From Podarcis tiliguerta (taxonomy: Eukaryota), in NCBI GenBank assembly GCA_965153285.1, contig OZ229119.1: a stretch of 64,000 bases of DNA. One strand, written 5' to 3'. Below the pieces are notes generated by a model that was not told the origin of the DNA, made no database searches, and was given only the letters and a program-made list of their open reading frames with translations. The position numbers and the translations under genes were made by a program. Below are positions 39,095 to 54,220 of this stretch, piece after piece. Every line of letters begins with the position of its first letter. Position 1 is the stretch's first letter.

Positions 39095-39098
<4 letters not shown>

Positions 39099-39133
<35 letters not shown>
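39099..39133. repeat. (TG)n microsatellite
   Basis: Read directly. Confidence 0.95.
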
Positions 39134-39135
<2 letters not shown>

Positions 39136-42100
39136 ATGGCGTGTTAACAGGCTTACAGTTGTTGATCATACATTATCTTTAAAAAAGCTTTCACCAATTA
39201 TCATTGTATGCACATATGATTTAAATATTTAAATAAATGATGTCAGTACAGACCCAAGAAACGTTGTTTAAAGAATAAAAATAACAAAACAGTTACTTCA
39301 ACTCCAACCTGCTAAATTCTACTTATTTCATATAACTTCAAACTGATGTAAACATTTTGCAGCAAAAGATTTGTTCTGGTCACTGTTGTTAAATAGCTGA
39401 TTTCCTCTCACACACAACCGTGCTGTATTTGCTGCTAAGTAATACAATATGGTAAAGGATTTGGATAAATTATAAAATACGTCACACAGTTCTAGATAGA
39501 CTGGTGAAAATTCTATGACGTCTTAGCAGACTTTATGGTATGCCGATACACTGATTTGCAAAGTCTCTATTTTTCTTTCTTCCTGCCCCCTCCAATAAAA
39601 GTTCCAAATATTTCCTATACTGCATTACTTATCAAAACAGAGTTGTATGTCAACTTTGACATCTGTTAAAGAATAGAGGATTTAGTCGGGGGGGGGCAGA
39701 GAGAGAGAGCGCACAGAACAAATCATTAGCAAAGAAAATAGATTAAAGAGAAGAGAACTTAATGCCGGGGGGAAATGAGCATTTATTCAAATTTAAGAAG
39801 TCTTTTCAGCACACATTTAATTCTGCAGGTTTTTTGTACATGCAAGCACCTTAAAAATCTGTCTCAAAATATTATTGAAATTTTGAATAGCTGGGTACAA
39901 ATAATTTAAATCACCTGAGTGTCTAGCAAACGCTTTTTTCATTGTAACGGTCACAAAATTTTACATTGTAATACTAAACACACATGCAGTTTGCCAAGTG
40001 CTATAGATTATAAAGGATGCTTCCATCCCAACCCAAATACCTTGGACTTCCCAATTCAGGCAGAAGTATTCCAAGAGCAGACTCAGGTTATTTCATGCCA
40101 GCTCTAGGGAATGCATATGACACAGATGTAGAGCAGCCTGGGTACATTTTGAGGGCACCCTTTTCTATACTGTAAGGCCTCTGCTGTGGCATCTGACTGC
40201 TCTTACTGCAACAGAGTCCTTGGAGCATGCAAGGCTCCCACATTCCATGCCTGAAGCTTCTGATCTGCTAAAGGGATAATAATATCATTGACCTCATGTG
40301 GCACCAGAAGCCTCAGAACCTTTGCTAGGTCCACCATGTATGCAATTTCTGGAATGGTGCTTCAAGAACATGGTGCTTCTGTTCCAGGAATTCAGCTTCC
40401 AGGGTTATGGCTTGCTGCTCCTGTGAAAACATATCAAGGCAGTAATAGTTTATATGCACAAAACATGATGTAGTACTAGGTTGAACTGGGGGAAAAAACA
40501 TTTCTGTATTTATCTGTTATTGTAATTGTGGTTTTATAAAGAGTAGCTTTTGTGTATGAATGTGTGGTTGTTGTGGCATTAGTTTGACAAGAACAGGGCT
40601 TGTGATCTCAGAAACATTACAATGAAATATTGGCCTTTTGGTAACAATCATAAGCAGAGAACTCTGTTCTTTTTTGTTTCCTTTTGTCTCCTCCTAACAC
40701 ATTTGTTGACTTTGAAATTAAGGGTTATCCTACATGAAGAACTCTCAAGAAAAACTAGAGATGGGAAGGTTGAGGGCAGTACCAATATGTTTGGTACTGT
40801 AAACTTAGCTAGGAGCCATGCAGCAGGTTGAGATTTGTAACAGAATGTTATAGTGTGAAGCGTTCAGAGTCCAAGCCAGCCAGTCTTTCCTTATTCCTGG
40901 GTACTATATTCCACTTTCCTTTTTCCCACCCCATCAATTGTGAAACTTATATATTATTAGGCTATTTTGGAGTTTTTCCCCACGGAGGGTTTTTTCTTCT
41001 ATTTTTCATCCCTGCAAACCTCAGTGCTACACCAAGAATGTTGGTATCTCTCTTTGTTTCCCAGTGGCCTAGTTAAGCTACATAGACATCGGCACTTAAG
41101 ATTGCTGTTTGATGAAGTAGTGATATGGCTCTGCTGCGGCAAAATTATTGTGTGTTTCTATGGAGTTCACACAGGAGAATTTACAGATTGGTTTTTCCCA
41201 GAGTTCCTCGACTTTCTGTTAACAATGATGTATCAGATAGGAAGATAAAGATCACTGGAAATCATTATTCTCTTGCTATACCTACTTACACCCATATTAT
41301 GCTTGGTACACAACATACATTTTCTAAATGGCAGAAAGGAATAAGGCAATGATTCCAGAAGCCATAACTGTCCACTTAAGAATGTCCTCTTTCTTCTCCA
41401 TCAAAAATGTATTTATAAAAGCAATGCAATAAGAAATTATCCAGCACCTGACTAACGCTGCTGAAGTTATGAGAGGCAATGCCACATCATATATACATAC
41501 AGTGAAATCTGTTTTTCAAATGCTGGAACTTATGTAGCCAAAATAACACCATAGGGAGGGGAGCAAAATCCTTAAAAGATGGCAAAATGAAGCCCAGTGA
41601 CTACTGGTGTTTAGTGGGCACACAGCACTAGCTGATGGAGTAAGGGCACAGAAAACCAGGGTATAAGGGGAATGGAGGAATGTCTGTCTGAAACCTGAAC
41701 AGGAGCATCCCAGGCTGCAACATTATGTTGCAAGTCACACTTGCACTTCCCCATGTAGTTCTGTGTGGGATTTTGAAGCTACAGGATACACTGTGGCTGT
41801 TAACATCAAATTTAATAATACAGGTTCCTTTACTGAGGATACAGTTTATGAAATAAATAAGCAGATTGGTGGGTATCTTTTAGTAAAGATAATGCTCATA
41901 ACATTATTAAATAAAAGTAAACATTTTATTTTATTTATCAAATGAAAATCACATTTTGAAGCTCAAGTCCCTAATACAACGTTTTAGATACATCCCAGCA
42001 GGATTCCTTTTGTTGTTGTTGTTCTTACCCAAGCCATATTAGAATGAAAGGAAGCTTAGAGCACAGTTGCACTCTTGCACAATTCGCATTCATTTCCATG

Positions 42101-43147
42101 ATCTTTTTGAAAGAGATGCTCAGGATAGATTGCATCCTATTGCTATTTAAGTAGTAGTCTTGTAACACTTTTCACCAAATCTCTCGAAGTGCCAAACCAC
42201 TTCAGAACAATATTTTTATAAATGAAAACAGACTCAGAGATACAAAGGCTGGGTAGGAAGTAAGGAAGATAAGAAAATAGATTTCATAAAGATAGACAAA
42301 GAAATAGTTCATACCCTCATAAAATGTATAAGAGGCAACAACTTATAATGACAATTATTGGATCAAGGATGTCATACCAAAACAATAGCCCTGAGCACTT
42401 TCTTCAGTCTAAACACAAAATGAGGGACTGACTCTTTCACAAGAAAATTACAGTTTCAAAAACTCTAATGCTGTTCCTCCCACCTACCTTTTCCTCATCA
42501 CAATTTTCCAACCTTAAAGTTACGCCTCCAGTTAAGGAAGCAGACAAACTCAATAATGTTGCTTTCTCACTTGGCTTAATTAGAAACCTCACCAAAGGCA
42601 TAACTGGATTAACATCAGTGTTGCTCTTAGAATAGAGTTCCTTATCTGGTTCTTATAATTTTAATGGGGAAAGTTCACTATAAGTCCAGAGTTATTTCTG
42701 ATTAACCAAACAGCATGGGTTGAATCCAGGCTTGCCTGAAGAAGAGTCTCACTAATTGGTGGCTTCCGAGGGTGAAAGGGGAGGAGACAGTTTTCAGCAA
42801 TTCCTTCTTACTTCTTCATCCCTCTGCTCCATAGGGATGGGGGCGGGGGACTCCGGAACAGTGTAGGCAGTGGCACAGGAGGCTGCAGCAAGGAAGAGAT
42901 CAGCAAAAAAATGGCTCCTGCAGGAGCATCCAGTGAGTGGAAGCATCCACTGGATTAGAGTACCGTTTGTACAAGAAGGAATCCTTCCATTCACATAGGG
43001 AAATGTCTAGATGCAACTCAGTCACATAAGATGAACCACATTTATTTTTTTCCTTAATACTTCTGTTCTAATCTTAAGTGCAACTTCTTGTAATTGGTAT
43101 AAGTTCCTGTGAAAGCTGTTAAAGAAGCAGGGTTATAGAGTTTACAC

Positions 43148-43492
43148 CAGGGATCAGCAAACTTTCTCAGCAGGGGGCCGGTCCACTGTCCCTCAGACCT
43201 TGAGGGCAGCCAGACTATATGGGGGGGGAATGAACCAATTCCTTCTCATGCTGCCCCACAGGGGCCTGGGAAGCACCCCCTGGCCAGCCCCAGAGACACC
43301 ATTCACCTGGGAAGCTTGTAGCCAGGGCTGCTATAACAAACATCCATGCAAGCCTTTGGGAGGCAGAAATGTGAGAGGGCATCAGAGAAGGGAGGGAGGG
43401 AAAGAGGGACAGAGACCAGTGTTGCCCACAGCACCCCTGACCATCATTCAAAGCACCCCAGGGTGCCATGGCACATTGGTTGAAAACCTCTG
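43148..43492. mobile_element. hAT-type MITE remnants, probably two fused halves
   Basis: cagggatcagcaaactt start and ggttgaaaacctctg end; no matching TSD. Confidence 0.55.
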
Positions 43493-46400
43493 GACTGATC
43501 CAAACAGCTCTTCTTAATATTTTTAAAGTCATTGAATTACCTTCATTTATCGGACGAAGCCATATCAGAGGTTTTGGATGATTTTGACTATAAACACATC
43601 CATCTAGAGGCCATATCCACGTTTAGTAGCCGTGTTGTATACACTGCAAATGTATAAACAAAACTCATACTGTGAAATATACTTGCAAAAGACTTATGCA
43701 TCTCAAGGAACTGAAGTTGGCACCAGTTGGTGTGTACTCAAATGGAAAGATGCATATTTTCCTAATTTAATATGTGGAATTACATTAAAATTACACATTC
43801 CTTCTAATAGTGAACCTAAGTAGGCAAGTGTCTGTTTGAAAGCATAATGAGACCACCTAAAAGCAAGTGGCTATATCCAACATAGACTCACTAAGAATGA
43901 TGGGCATGACCAGACATTAATTTTTATGGCTCTACTCTGAGTTGGACTTACTTGGATACAACCCATGATTCTGGTTTTCACATACTTGTTAATTAGGTAT
44001 GCAAAAGTTTATGTGAAAGATTTTTGTATAAAAAGGGGGGGGGGAGCCTGGGAGCTTCCATGACCTGTAGAATGTCGAAAGAATAGTGATGAGAAAAATA
44101 TGAGCAAGACTTCTAATTGCCTGGAGAGGGAATTTTGGGCTCACATTAAAAATGAAAGACAGAAATTCCTGTCTTTTGCTTTTGGGGGCAGGGCGCAGTA
44201 CAGCTTAATCACAACTCTAATGACTCATTTCTGCATTGTTTTCAATGTGCACTCTCATTTCCATTTTGGGAAGTGCTGAATGTCTGCACGAACCAGAAAC
44301 TGGGGACGCTGTGTGAAATGCACAATTAGGCTATGTTCACAGTGTGAAGCACTTTTGTAGATAGTGCTTTTTAATTGTACACCTCTTCACATCATTATAA
44401 TACTAGGCAAAGCAGCCACCACTGTCCATGTTGTCTGTACACACAGGTGGGTATGTATACCAACCAGTACATGTACACCAACACATTGGTGTTATCCACT
44501 CCCCTAAATTTGTGTTCCCATGCCTCCTGGCTGTGGGCAGAAAGGATGTAATGCCACACTGCAGCTGAGCACATGTTGTTCCATAGTACTTTTTTGAAAT
44601 TATTTTTGGTCATTCAAAATGCTAGCTGTCCCTAAGAAGAGACTACAGAAACTGATGTACTGATTTATCAATATACCGTCTGTTCCATGGGTGTAGCCAA
44701 GGGAGGGCAAGGGGGCAGCTGCCCTGCCCTATCAATCTAAATCAATACAAATCTGAGGTTATACCCATGGTCTGTTCCCTGCTTTTCCTAGTGCATGTAG
44801 CTAGACTGGAAAATGTGAATTGGCACAGGCCTTGCAATGTCAGAAAGTCCACCCCAATAGAAGATGACATGAAAAAGCGCTCTCTGTGTACACAGGGAGA
44901 CAGAAAGCACTTGAGAAGTTCATTCTCGGTACAAAATGGATTATAACCGTTCCAGCAGGATGAGCCTTATATATATGAATGGTGCAAGACAGGAACGATA
45001 TGTGTGTGCGGCACCCCAAAAATGTACCTGCATCCCGCACAGAATGCACATTATCACAGTGTGGTTGTGGGCAGATGGACTGTGGAATGACGAAGGTATC
45101 AGTTGAAGCAGATGAAAATGGAAGAAGAGGCTGGAGGAATTAGTCAAATTAAGCTAAGGTTACCCTGGAGGCCAGGAACATTTTGTGGCAAGCGACACAC
45201 ACACATGCAGTGCTATATTCAACCACCAACAGTAGCAGTTATAGAGGAATGAAGCACTCAGATTCAGGATGGGCAGCCAACCCTCATCCTGAACCCATTA
45301 CCATGATCACTATATTGTATAGTGGAGGGAAGTGATAAAACTACATCTGACAAGCCCCAGAGAGTGCTATATGGCTCCTGTTTGAGGCTGATTGGAGCCC
45401 TACATAGTACTCAGAAATTTCTGAAGGTGTTATTGACAGCTACATATTTACCATTGAAGACTTAAGATTTGAATAAAAATTCAATATTTAGGTCAGCTTT
45501 CCCCATTTCTTATTCAGTGGAGTAAATGGTGACTTCCTCTGTCTTTCCCTTGGTGGAAGTCTGGCTAGCGTATGTTGGGCTGAGAAATTAAAATAGTAAC
45601 CCGTTGGCCCTATAAATCATCTGGAATTTTCTTCATGTGGTTAAAAAATGCCAGAATCCATAAAAATGATATCTCTGTGCCACGTATGTGTTCATGAAAT
45701 ACGGTATGTGCAAATGACGAAGAAATAATTGGACACAAAAAGGAAACAATGAATATGTAAATTATATGTCTGGATTTTTTCAATTTGATTCTAATATTCC
45801 TAAAATACTGTTCCTGCCCATGCTTTTTACAAATCTCAGTTGCGAGATAGCATGTAAATGTGAATGAATTATCAATGCAATTTGTGAATGTGTTAACTAT
45901 GTGTTTAAAATGTATATGCTTAATCAGAGGCATTCCCTTGTGAAATAGTATTCACTGCTGATCACATTGTTGTCACTCTGCACATCTCTTATTTCCGCCA
46001 GTGTGGTTAGTGTGATTTCCCGGCCAATGAATGTTTTATCTGCATTTATTCAAAAGAAACACATGTGTGTGAGAGCACACACATATTAAATATCCACAAA
46101 TTGCCATTGAGATCAAAGTTTTTGATCAGTTAATGGCTTTAAAGTAGCTTAGATTTTCTGCTAAAACTTTTTGAATTAGGAACTAAGTAACAAAATTAGG
46201 CATGATGAGAGGCTGCTGTTTTGTTATTATTATTAAAGATGACTTGAGCAACAGCATTTTCATAGCAATTTCTTCTTGTGTAGAAAAGGAGGTACCTGTG
46301 CCTGAAAGATCACCTTTGGGGCCTTCACATAAAGAGCGGATATCATTTCGAGACCATCCAGTTCAGCTCAGCGGTGGATGGGGAAGTGGCAAAAAGAAGG

Positions 46401-48362
46401 CAAAAGCTTTGAAATAGTCATTGGACCTTCAGCATTTAAAACATATGGTGAGCCTGTGCATTGCCGTTCTTTTTGGATTCTGCAGCTGGAAAGTTCCTCA
46501 GCTCCATGTATGCTGTGTTTTATTTTACGCTGCATGATTTCCCACCTTTTCTTCTTCTTCTTCTTCGGCTAAGTTCTTTTATAAATATCAGAGAAATTAC
46601 AGTATTTGTATCTGAAATTTATTTTTGCAGTATGGTTTAAAAGCCTGTATGGAATTATTATAAAGTGGCTGGTGTGATCCGGTGAACAAATGGATGTATA
46701 CGTACAATAATGGTTTGTGATTGTGCAGTGGTATGTGACTGAGATAGCCTGATCCACAGTTGGATTTAAGTACATGTGTTTAAACTCGTTTCCTGTACCT
46801 CTCAATCAAGCAAAACAAATCAAAATCAAATTGGCCCAAATCTAGGTATTTTGCCTCTCTGCTTTGTAGTTTGGAATATGTATCTGTTAAAAAGTAAAAT
46901 GTGGAATGTCCATCTTATTCCAAATATATTAATAATGTAAATATGTTTTGTGTAAAAATGCATCAGTTCCTTCCCAAGAGTTGCACACCCCGGTGGGGTG
47001 AATGAATGCACATTCACAGCACATTAAAATTCAGTAATGTGATATTAAGATCTATTTCATAATTCCAAATTATGTTTATTATTTTGTGGTACGTTGGCAG
47101 TCTTCTTACTTTTCAGGTCTGCTACCCTATTTTCCAGAATTAAAGTACCGTATAACTTTTAACATCACACAACAATTTTGTCCTAGCCTATTACTTCAGT
47201 ATCCGTCAGAATCTACCCTTTTGTAGCCTCATGATGGGTCCGTCCCTTCCATACCACTGATACTAATGTTGTTTGCATTACTTCAATGCATGTATGCTTT
47301 TCTTACTGAAGCAATGTTTCAGTTAGCGTGGTACAAATTGCTGACAGAATCTGGAGAAACAATTCTTTGGTTTTAAACTCTTCTATTTACTTTGGTGTCA
47401 TTATATCCCACTGGAGCCTTGACCCACTCAGAAATACTGTTGAAGTAGAAAAGCTAAGACAGAACTCAAGGCTTCAGTCAATAATAATAATAATAATAAA
47501 GATGTATTAGTATGTTGTGGCTGTGTTTAGAATATATTATACATTCCCTGACACAGTAAAGTTCCTATCATGTTGTCTGTTTTCATTAATGTCTTCAAGT
47601 TAATATGGTTTGGAAATGTTTCTCTTTGTCTAAGACCTCTGTAGGGAAAACCAAAGCAGTATGGACCTCTAATATATTTTATGGCTGGGTTTGCGATAAA
47701 TAGAAAATTGCACATTCGTCTTGCCAGCTATTTACTGCACACAAAGATTTGGGTATTGAATTACAATCTGTATTTTAATGTCTCATGTCATAATTCATTT
47801 TTTTAAATGAAAATGCTGCTAAACAGATGGTTTCAGCTTTCAGACTTACCTGCCCAACACTTGGATTTAAGAAGATGCAGTCCAAAACCCTAAGCACACT
47901 CACTTGGAAATAAAGTGCAGTGAAAATCAGTTGTGCAAAGTTGCTAGCTGTAAATTCACTGATATCCAAGTATTCTCATTTTAAGACATTTCAGAATTGA
48001 GCTGTCCAGGTTAAAATCTCAGCAGTGGAATTCTGTACAGGAAGAATGCCATTTCTATTCTGAAAAGTTTCCCATTAACAGTGTGTGACTTGTCACATCC
48101 ACACCATATATTTAAAGCAGTCTTATACCACTTTAACAATTATGGCTTCTCCCCCAAAAGCCTGGAATCTATAGTTTGTTAAGGATCTCCAATGACTCTC
48201 AGCACACTTAACTAACTATAGTTCCCAAGATTCTTTGGGGGAAGCCACAACTATTTAAGTTGTATGAGATGGGGATGTGACCTTAGAATGGGGAGCCTTG
48301 GCAACAAAGCATACAGGATGGCCACAGTCCACTTGCTCAACCTAACCTACCTTCCAGGGATG

Positions 48363-48467
48363 GAAGAAGAAGAAGAAGAGGAGGAGGAGGAGGAGTTTGG
48401 ATTTGATATCCCGCTTTATCACTACCCTAAGGAGTCTCAAAGCACCTAACAACCTCCTCCCCCACAA
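48363..48467 (-). mobile_element. (GAA)n(GAG)n tail plus 3' end of an L2-tailed SINE
   Basis: gagtttggatttgatatcccgctttatcactacc..aaggagtctcaaagc. Confidence 0.7.
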
Positions 48468-48791
48468 GTTAAAAGAAGACAGGGAGCTATATATACTGTT
48501 TTGAAGTCCTTGGGGAAAGTGTGGAATATAATTTTGATAGACGTCCATCAACAGAAGTGCCCATGAAGAAGCTACTAAATTAAAATGGAAAGAGGTAACC
48601 CTCTTTCAGACATTACTTGCTTGAAAGGGGAAATCATGGGGAAAGACAGTGCATATTTAACCCCATTCAACATTCTTCTCACACGAGTAACACCTGAAGA
48701 GAGCTTCAGTGAAGCTGCAATCGTAGACACACTTAACTGAGAGTAAGGCCCACTGAATTCAGTGGGATTTACTGCTGAGTAGACCATGTTA

Positions 48792-48966
48792 GGGATGTGG
48801 GTGGCACTGTGGTCTAAACCACAGAGCCTAGGGCTTGCCGATCGGAAGGTCGGCGGTTCGAATCCCTGCGATGGAGTGAGCTCCCATTGCTCGGTCCCTT
48901 CTCCTGCCAACCTAGTAGTTCAAAAGCATGTCAAAGTGCAATTAGATAAATAGGTACCACTCCGGC
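48792..48966 (+). mobile_element. Sauria SINE, 5' half only
   Basis: Homologous to the head of the other copies; stops after ggtaccactccggc. Confidence 0.9.
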
Positions 48967-49463
48967 CATTGCAATTTATTTCCCGATCCAATACAGTTCT
49001 GGACACTTGGCTATTTTCTAGTTATAAAATCTATTAGTTCACTACATCTCTGGGTGGAGAAGGGCTGGAAATCGTGTGAGGAAGTTGCCACTGGCAGGAT
49101 ACAGTATAGACACGCACACAATAATCCTTTTAAAATGCATTCCACTCGTGGTGAAAGGCGTTGTTTTCTTTGACCTGCAAAACTAGCCTTAACACAAAAA
49201 TTCAGATTCCAAGTACCCTAACACCTTCCCAGAGGCTACAACGCTGGAGGTGGCTGAACTGCCGTTCCGGTTAAGTTCTTAATATTCTCTGCAAATCAGA
49301 ATTGCTGATCCCAAATCCAATCTCTGGTCATTCGGGGAGCTGTTTTATGGGTCTGGCTGGGCTCCAATTTGGCCCTAGGTGGGTCAGAGTGGACGGCTTC
49401 GTCCAATAGCTGTGTATTCGTGTTTCTAAGGCTTCCTCCCTCCCTCCCTCCTTCCCTCTCACA

Positions 49464-49494
<31 letters not shown>

Positions 49495-51162
49495 GTGTTA
49501 TTTGTTCCTCGTGTGAATATTAACGAACAATACGGTCTCTTGAACAGGATCCGGCTGAGTCCATTTTAAAGAGGATAGAGATACCAAAACAGGTTCTCCT
49601 CTGTGTTGATCTGTGAAAGCAGATCTAGGCAGCGCTATAAACTTTGTTCGGTTAAATCTTTGGGATTCATTCATTGATGAATCTATGTGGCAGTCAATTT
49701 TAATCGATAGGTGCAGTTTGTAACTTAGGAGACATGAGCTTCCAAGACTCACCATTATAGTGGGAATTTCCTTTAGCATCTCAAACCAGAAGAACTTACA
49801 AATAATAAGGTTTGGGGATTATGCAAAGTGATATAGGCCCACCCAATACATTCAAAGCACATTTAAAGCACGACCTCCTCCCAAAGAACCCCGGGAACTG
49901 TAGTTTTTAAGGCTACTGGGAATTGTAGCTTTGTGACTCCTCTAATCATACAATGAATGCATCCTTCCCGATTTGTTTTTCAAAATTATCATCATCATGA
50001 TAAAATCTCGAATGACAAAGGTCCACATCCAAAACCAATAACGCTACACTTTGAACTATGACTGAGCGCCTTCCCAGGAGCCTGATCCCGAAGTGTCCGG
50101 CTGAAATGACTGGGCCTTCTTCTCAAAGAAATGGGCTTGGAGATCGGAAGCTGAAAGAGCCCTCAAGCCCCCACCCCGTCCCACTCCCTGGGGCTAATAA
50201 ACTAAATCTGGGATGCTTGAAATCCGTTGCAAACCTCTGTCCCGCAGAAAGCGCCTCTCTCAGTTCCACGACAGAGGCGCCTCTGGAAGCGAAGGACTCT
50301 CCAGCTCTGATTTCTAAGGGCACATGCTTCGGATCACGCCGCTTCCAATTACATGTAGTATATCTTGACCTGAAGACATCAAAAAGAAATAGTTCCTTCA
50401 CCATCTGAGGGTGGGGGTTTCTAATATTGGGAGTATTTGTTTTATTTATTTATGGTTTACTTATCTGGCCCGCCTGCCGAAGCCCAGAGAACTATGCCAA
50501 ACATACAGCACAGATACGGCTATGCCCAAAATACAGCCCAGATGTCCAAAAACAATAACAATGAAAGCCAATTAAAATTACCATCAAATCAGGGCAGAAG
50601 AGAGGATCGCGCCCCAGATCTTAAGCGCACAGGGTGGAAATAAACGCAAGATTCTCCCTGCGTTGAAATCGGGGCTCCGATCTACCGCAACCCAGTTACT
50701 GTGGAGGAGCTTGTCAGTGAGAAATCCTTTACCTTAACGGGTCAAACCTCAGCCGTAGGGTCGGGGAGCTTCGAAACCGCCCCGGTCTGCTTTCCACGCC
50801 TTGCGTGGAAACTGACCCAGTAACTTTCCCTCCCCCGCTTTGGAGAGCTGAAACCGACACGAGTGAGACCTCGGCTGCTTTGAAACGGACCGTCGAGGAG
50901 CAGTGCCTGCCTGCTGACGAACAGGCCTTTTGATACCACAACAAATCTGAGAGTTTGGGGAGCCACAGGATTGCTTGTTGGGTTTTGCTGGCCAAAAATC
51001 AACGTGGTTGTATCCCTCTGGCAGTCTGCCGTGCGAGGAAGAGCGAGAACAGCATGGATGTCTTCTTGTCCCATTGAACTGAATGACTGAATGGTTGTGG
51101 GTTATCACTTCCCATCACGGGGAGGGGGAACCGCCTGTTCATGTCGGTGGAAGTCCCCCCCC

Positions 51163-51165
<3 letters not shown>

Positions 51166-51201
<36 letters not shown>
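51166..51201. repeat. (CA)n microsatellite
   Basis: Read directly. Confidence 0.95.
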
Positions 51202-51203
<2 letters not shown>

Positions 51204-54200
51204 AGAGCCCTATCTTCTGAGCATCATTCTACTATACGGTAAATTCCAATGCGCTCAATAGGACTTGCTCCCAAGTAAGTATGCACAGGCTTATAGAACA
51301 CAATCTCCAACTAGGTTTCTTTCCCCTGCGGGAGCTTCGCCGACTTGAATGAGAGCTGAAACAAAACAGAGAGACATATAGCAGAATGGGATGGCTTTTC
51401 AACCTGAATAACAAAAATTCCAAGCAAGCCATATTTTTAAAAGGATAAACAAAACACGGATCCTAAACATCCGGCCACTCCACCTCCGTTTTCCTGTACA
51501 CATCTTTATTTGGAAGCAAATAGGACGATCTTTTTTTAATACGTGTAGAAGGACCCGGTCGTGTGAAGCCTGAGGCTGACCAACCTTGCGCAGCTCTCAG
51601 TCAAGTCCATGGGCTTGCACAGGGAAAAAACTTCCATAGGATTGGACCTACGCAGTGCAATGTTTACTTAGGAAAAGGAATCCCAGGTAAACATGTATAG
51701 GATTGCAGCGTATGTGTGTGCCCCTTTTAATTAAGTTTTAATAGTGTGCAGGGTGACAAGTCAGACCCTTTGCAATAAAACCCAGCTCGACATATGAAGT
51801 CTCGTGTCAACAGTGGAATCCGGGAAGCGCCAATGGTCAAAGAGTCTATCTCGGGTTTATTTTTAGGAAGATAGAGCATCTACTTCCGTCGTTAGAATTT
51901 ACTGGCTCTTCCGCAATCGGGGAAAAACAACAACACACTGATCCGATTTCAAAATAGGGCGTCATTTGTTTCTCTTGCGCTTAGAAAGCACTCGGAACAT
52001 TTGGTCCCTGGCTGAGAATATGCTAATGGCCCAGTCGAAACAAACTACATTCATAAAGCACGCTGTTTGAACCGGGGAATCAGTTCCATTGAAACCAGGG
52101 GCGGCGTGGATGTGGGATGGGTGACAGCAAAGTATTCGGCTTTATTGGGTGAAGCTGAGAGCGGGAGCCAGTGCGCCACTGCTAGCCAGCCCAGCCGACT
52201 TTGATCGCAATGGAACTGGCGTCCGAGGGAGCCTGTTTAGGATCTGGGTGTACCTTTCGGACACCTGACTCCCTGGAGGGAGGGGGGAGCTTTGCTTTTG
52301 ATCAAGGGCTCGAAGCAATGACAGTATAAACGAGCAGAGAGGAAAAAATTCTCTCCTACTGAGCTCGCCCTTTTCCGCACTGGAGGGGATCTACAGCGAA
52401 GAAAAAACGACCTTGCCAGACAAACGAAAATATGATCGCATCTGGTACCCCACCTTATTCCTAACACGTTTCCCATGTGATTCAACTTTCCTGTCAATTA
52501 CGGTTAAAACTGAACGGCCAGACCTGCGCAGACTGTGTGGATTTATTCAGAAATAAGTTCCAGGAAGATCGTGGGCGTGACAAGAGGAACCTGTTCCTTT
52601 AAATTTTGCGCCGCGCCTAATGCATTTTATATTAAACTATATTGTGTTGTATGTCATCATTATTGGCATTCACTGTTCGACAGGCTCACAATCTATAATA
52701 AACAACCCTAGTAGTATAAGGAGGGACATAACTTGCAGCAGCTCAGTCCGATCCTGGGCACATTTCATCTGAAACAAGTCTCACCAAGTTGCAAAGGATG
52801 TATTGCACTACACTGCATTGCGTTATGTTGAGTTGCATTTTATTTTATTGTGATTTAGGGCTAAAGCTGCAGTCCTATGCACACTTACTTTGCAGTAAGT
52901 CCAGTCGAAATCAGTTGGCCCCTGAAGCAGGAAGTCTCAGCAGCGCCGGGTCCCCTCTCTACCAGTAAAAATGCAACACATTCAATAACTAACAATTTGC
53001 TGCGCTTTTATGAAGCTCAAAATCAGAGGCAGTCGCTTTACTGTTGCTAATGATAGGGCCGGCGCTACCACACCCACCCCATAAAATCTGTTAAGTCTTC
53101 TCCGCGCCACAGCAACAAACTAACGGGGTTCAACAAGTTGTCACTTTCTAGTAAGTGTAAACAGGATCGCAACCTTGAAGGAAACACAGGATTGCCTTGC
53201 AGATTTTAACGCCCCTTCCAAAACTTACGTTCCCTTCAAAATCTTGGGATAGTGTTAACTATCCTCTCTCCTGCTTCTAGGGTCCTACCTCACCGAACTG
53301 GATTCTGTCCCTAGGCAGTTTTTATTTTAGGATAAAACAGCACGCTCGCCTTCAGTGCTAAAGAGGCCGCTTTGTTGCCACCTCCGCAGAGCGCTAATTT
53401 CGGGGTCTCCCCTCGGAGACGTGTGATTCCGTTACAGTCAGTGGCGCAGCTTCGCGGCCGAAACCGTTTCCAAACTGCGGCGGTTGCAGAGCACAAAGGC
53501 AGCTCTTGTTGGGCTGGGGACAGGCTGAGATGAATTCGTTCAGGTTCTTTTGAAGCAGAAAACCCCCGATTCCGCGTTGCTGGGCTTTGGCCCGAGCATT
53601 TCAAATGCAGCGAAGCGGGCTTTGAAACAGTGCGTGCGCAAGGCACTCCAAAGCTTCGCGTCAATCCGAATTGATTACGGAATTAGAATCCCAACCGAGG
53701 GCGCGTGGATGTTTAAGGCGAGTCCAGGCTGGGGAATGGCGATCTGATCAGCTTCTATGCTCTTCATTGGCATGTCAACATCTCCTCTGACCTCTCCCAC
53801 CCCCCCATCTCTAGGTATGCAGAGTTCCTCCCCAAAACACTAACACGGAACTTTCCGGACCCAACAAAGGTTGGCTCAGTCGTGCTGTGACTCTAAAACT
53901 TACTCGGCTGAAATCTAAGGCGCTTCCTAGTAAATAAACCGGGAACTCACGAGATGCACGGCCTTTGAATTAACCAACGTTTTGCACTGCACTACTCATG
54001 GTTTGGACACGGACCGTAATGGGTGCGGGTCTCTTACAGAAAAAGAAAATAAAACACCATTGTTTCCTATACAATGCATGTCTACTAGTCCAGCTGAGTC
54101 CCATGGTCCTCCTCCAAGATCAGGTTTTGTTCCTCTGTGCTGTTTAACGAGTAAACACTGCAAGAAGCGAGGAGGGCGAGCTCTGGAGCAGTCCTCGTGA

Positions 54201-54220
54201 AATACACACTTTACAGAGCG

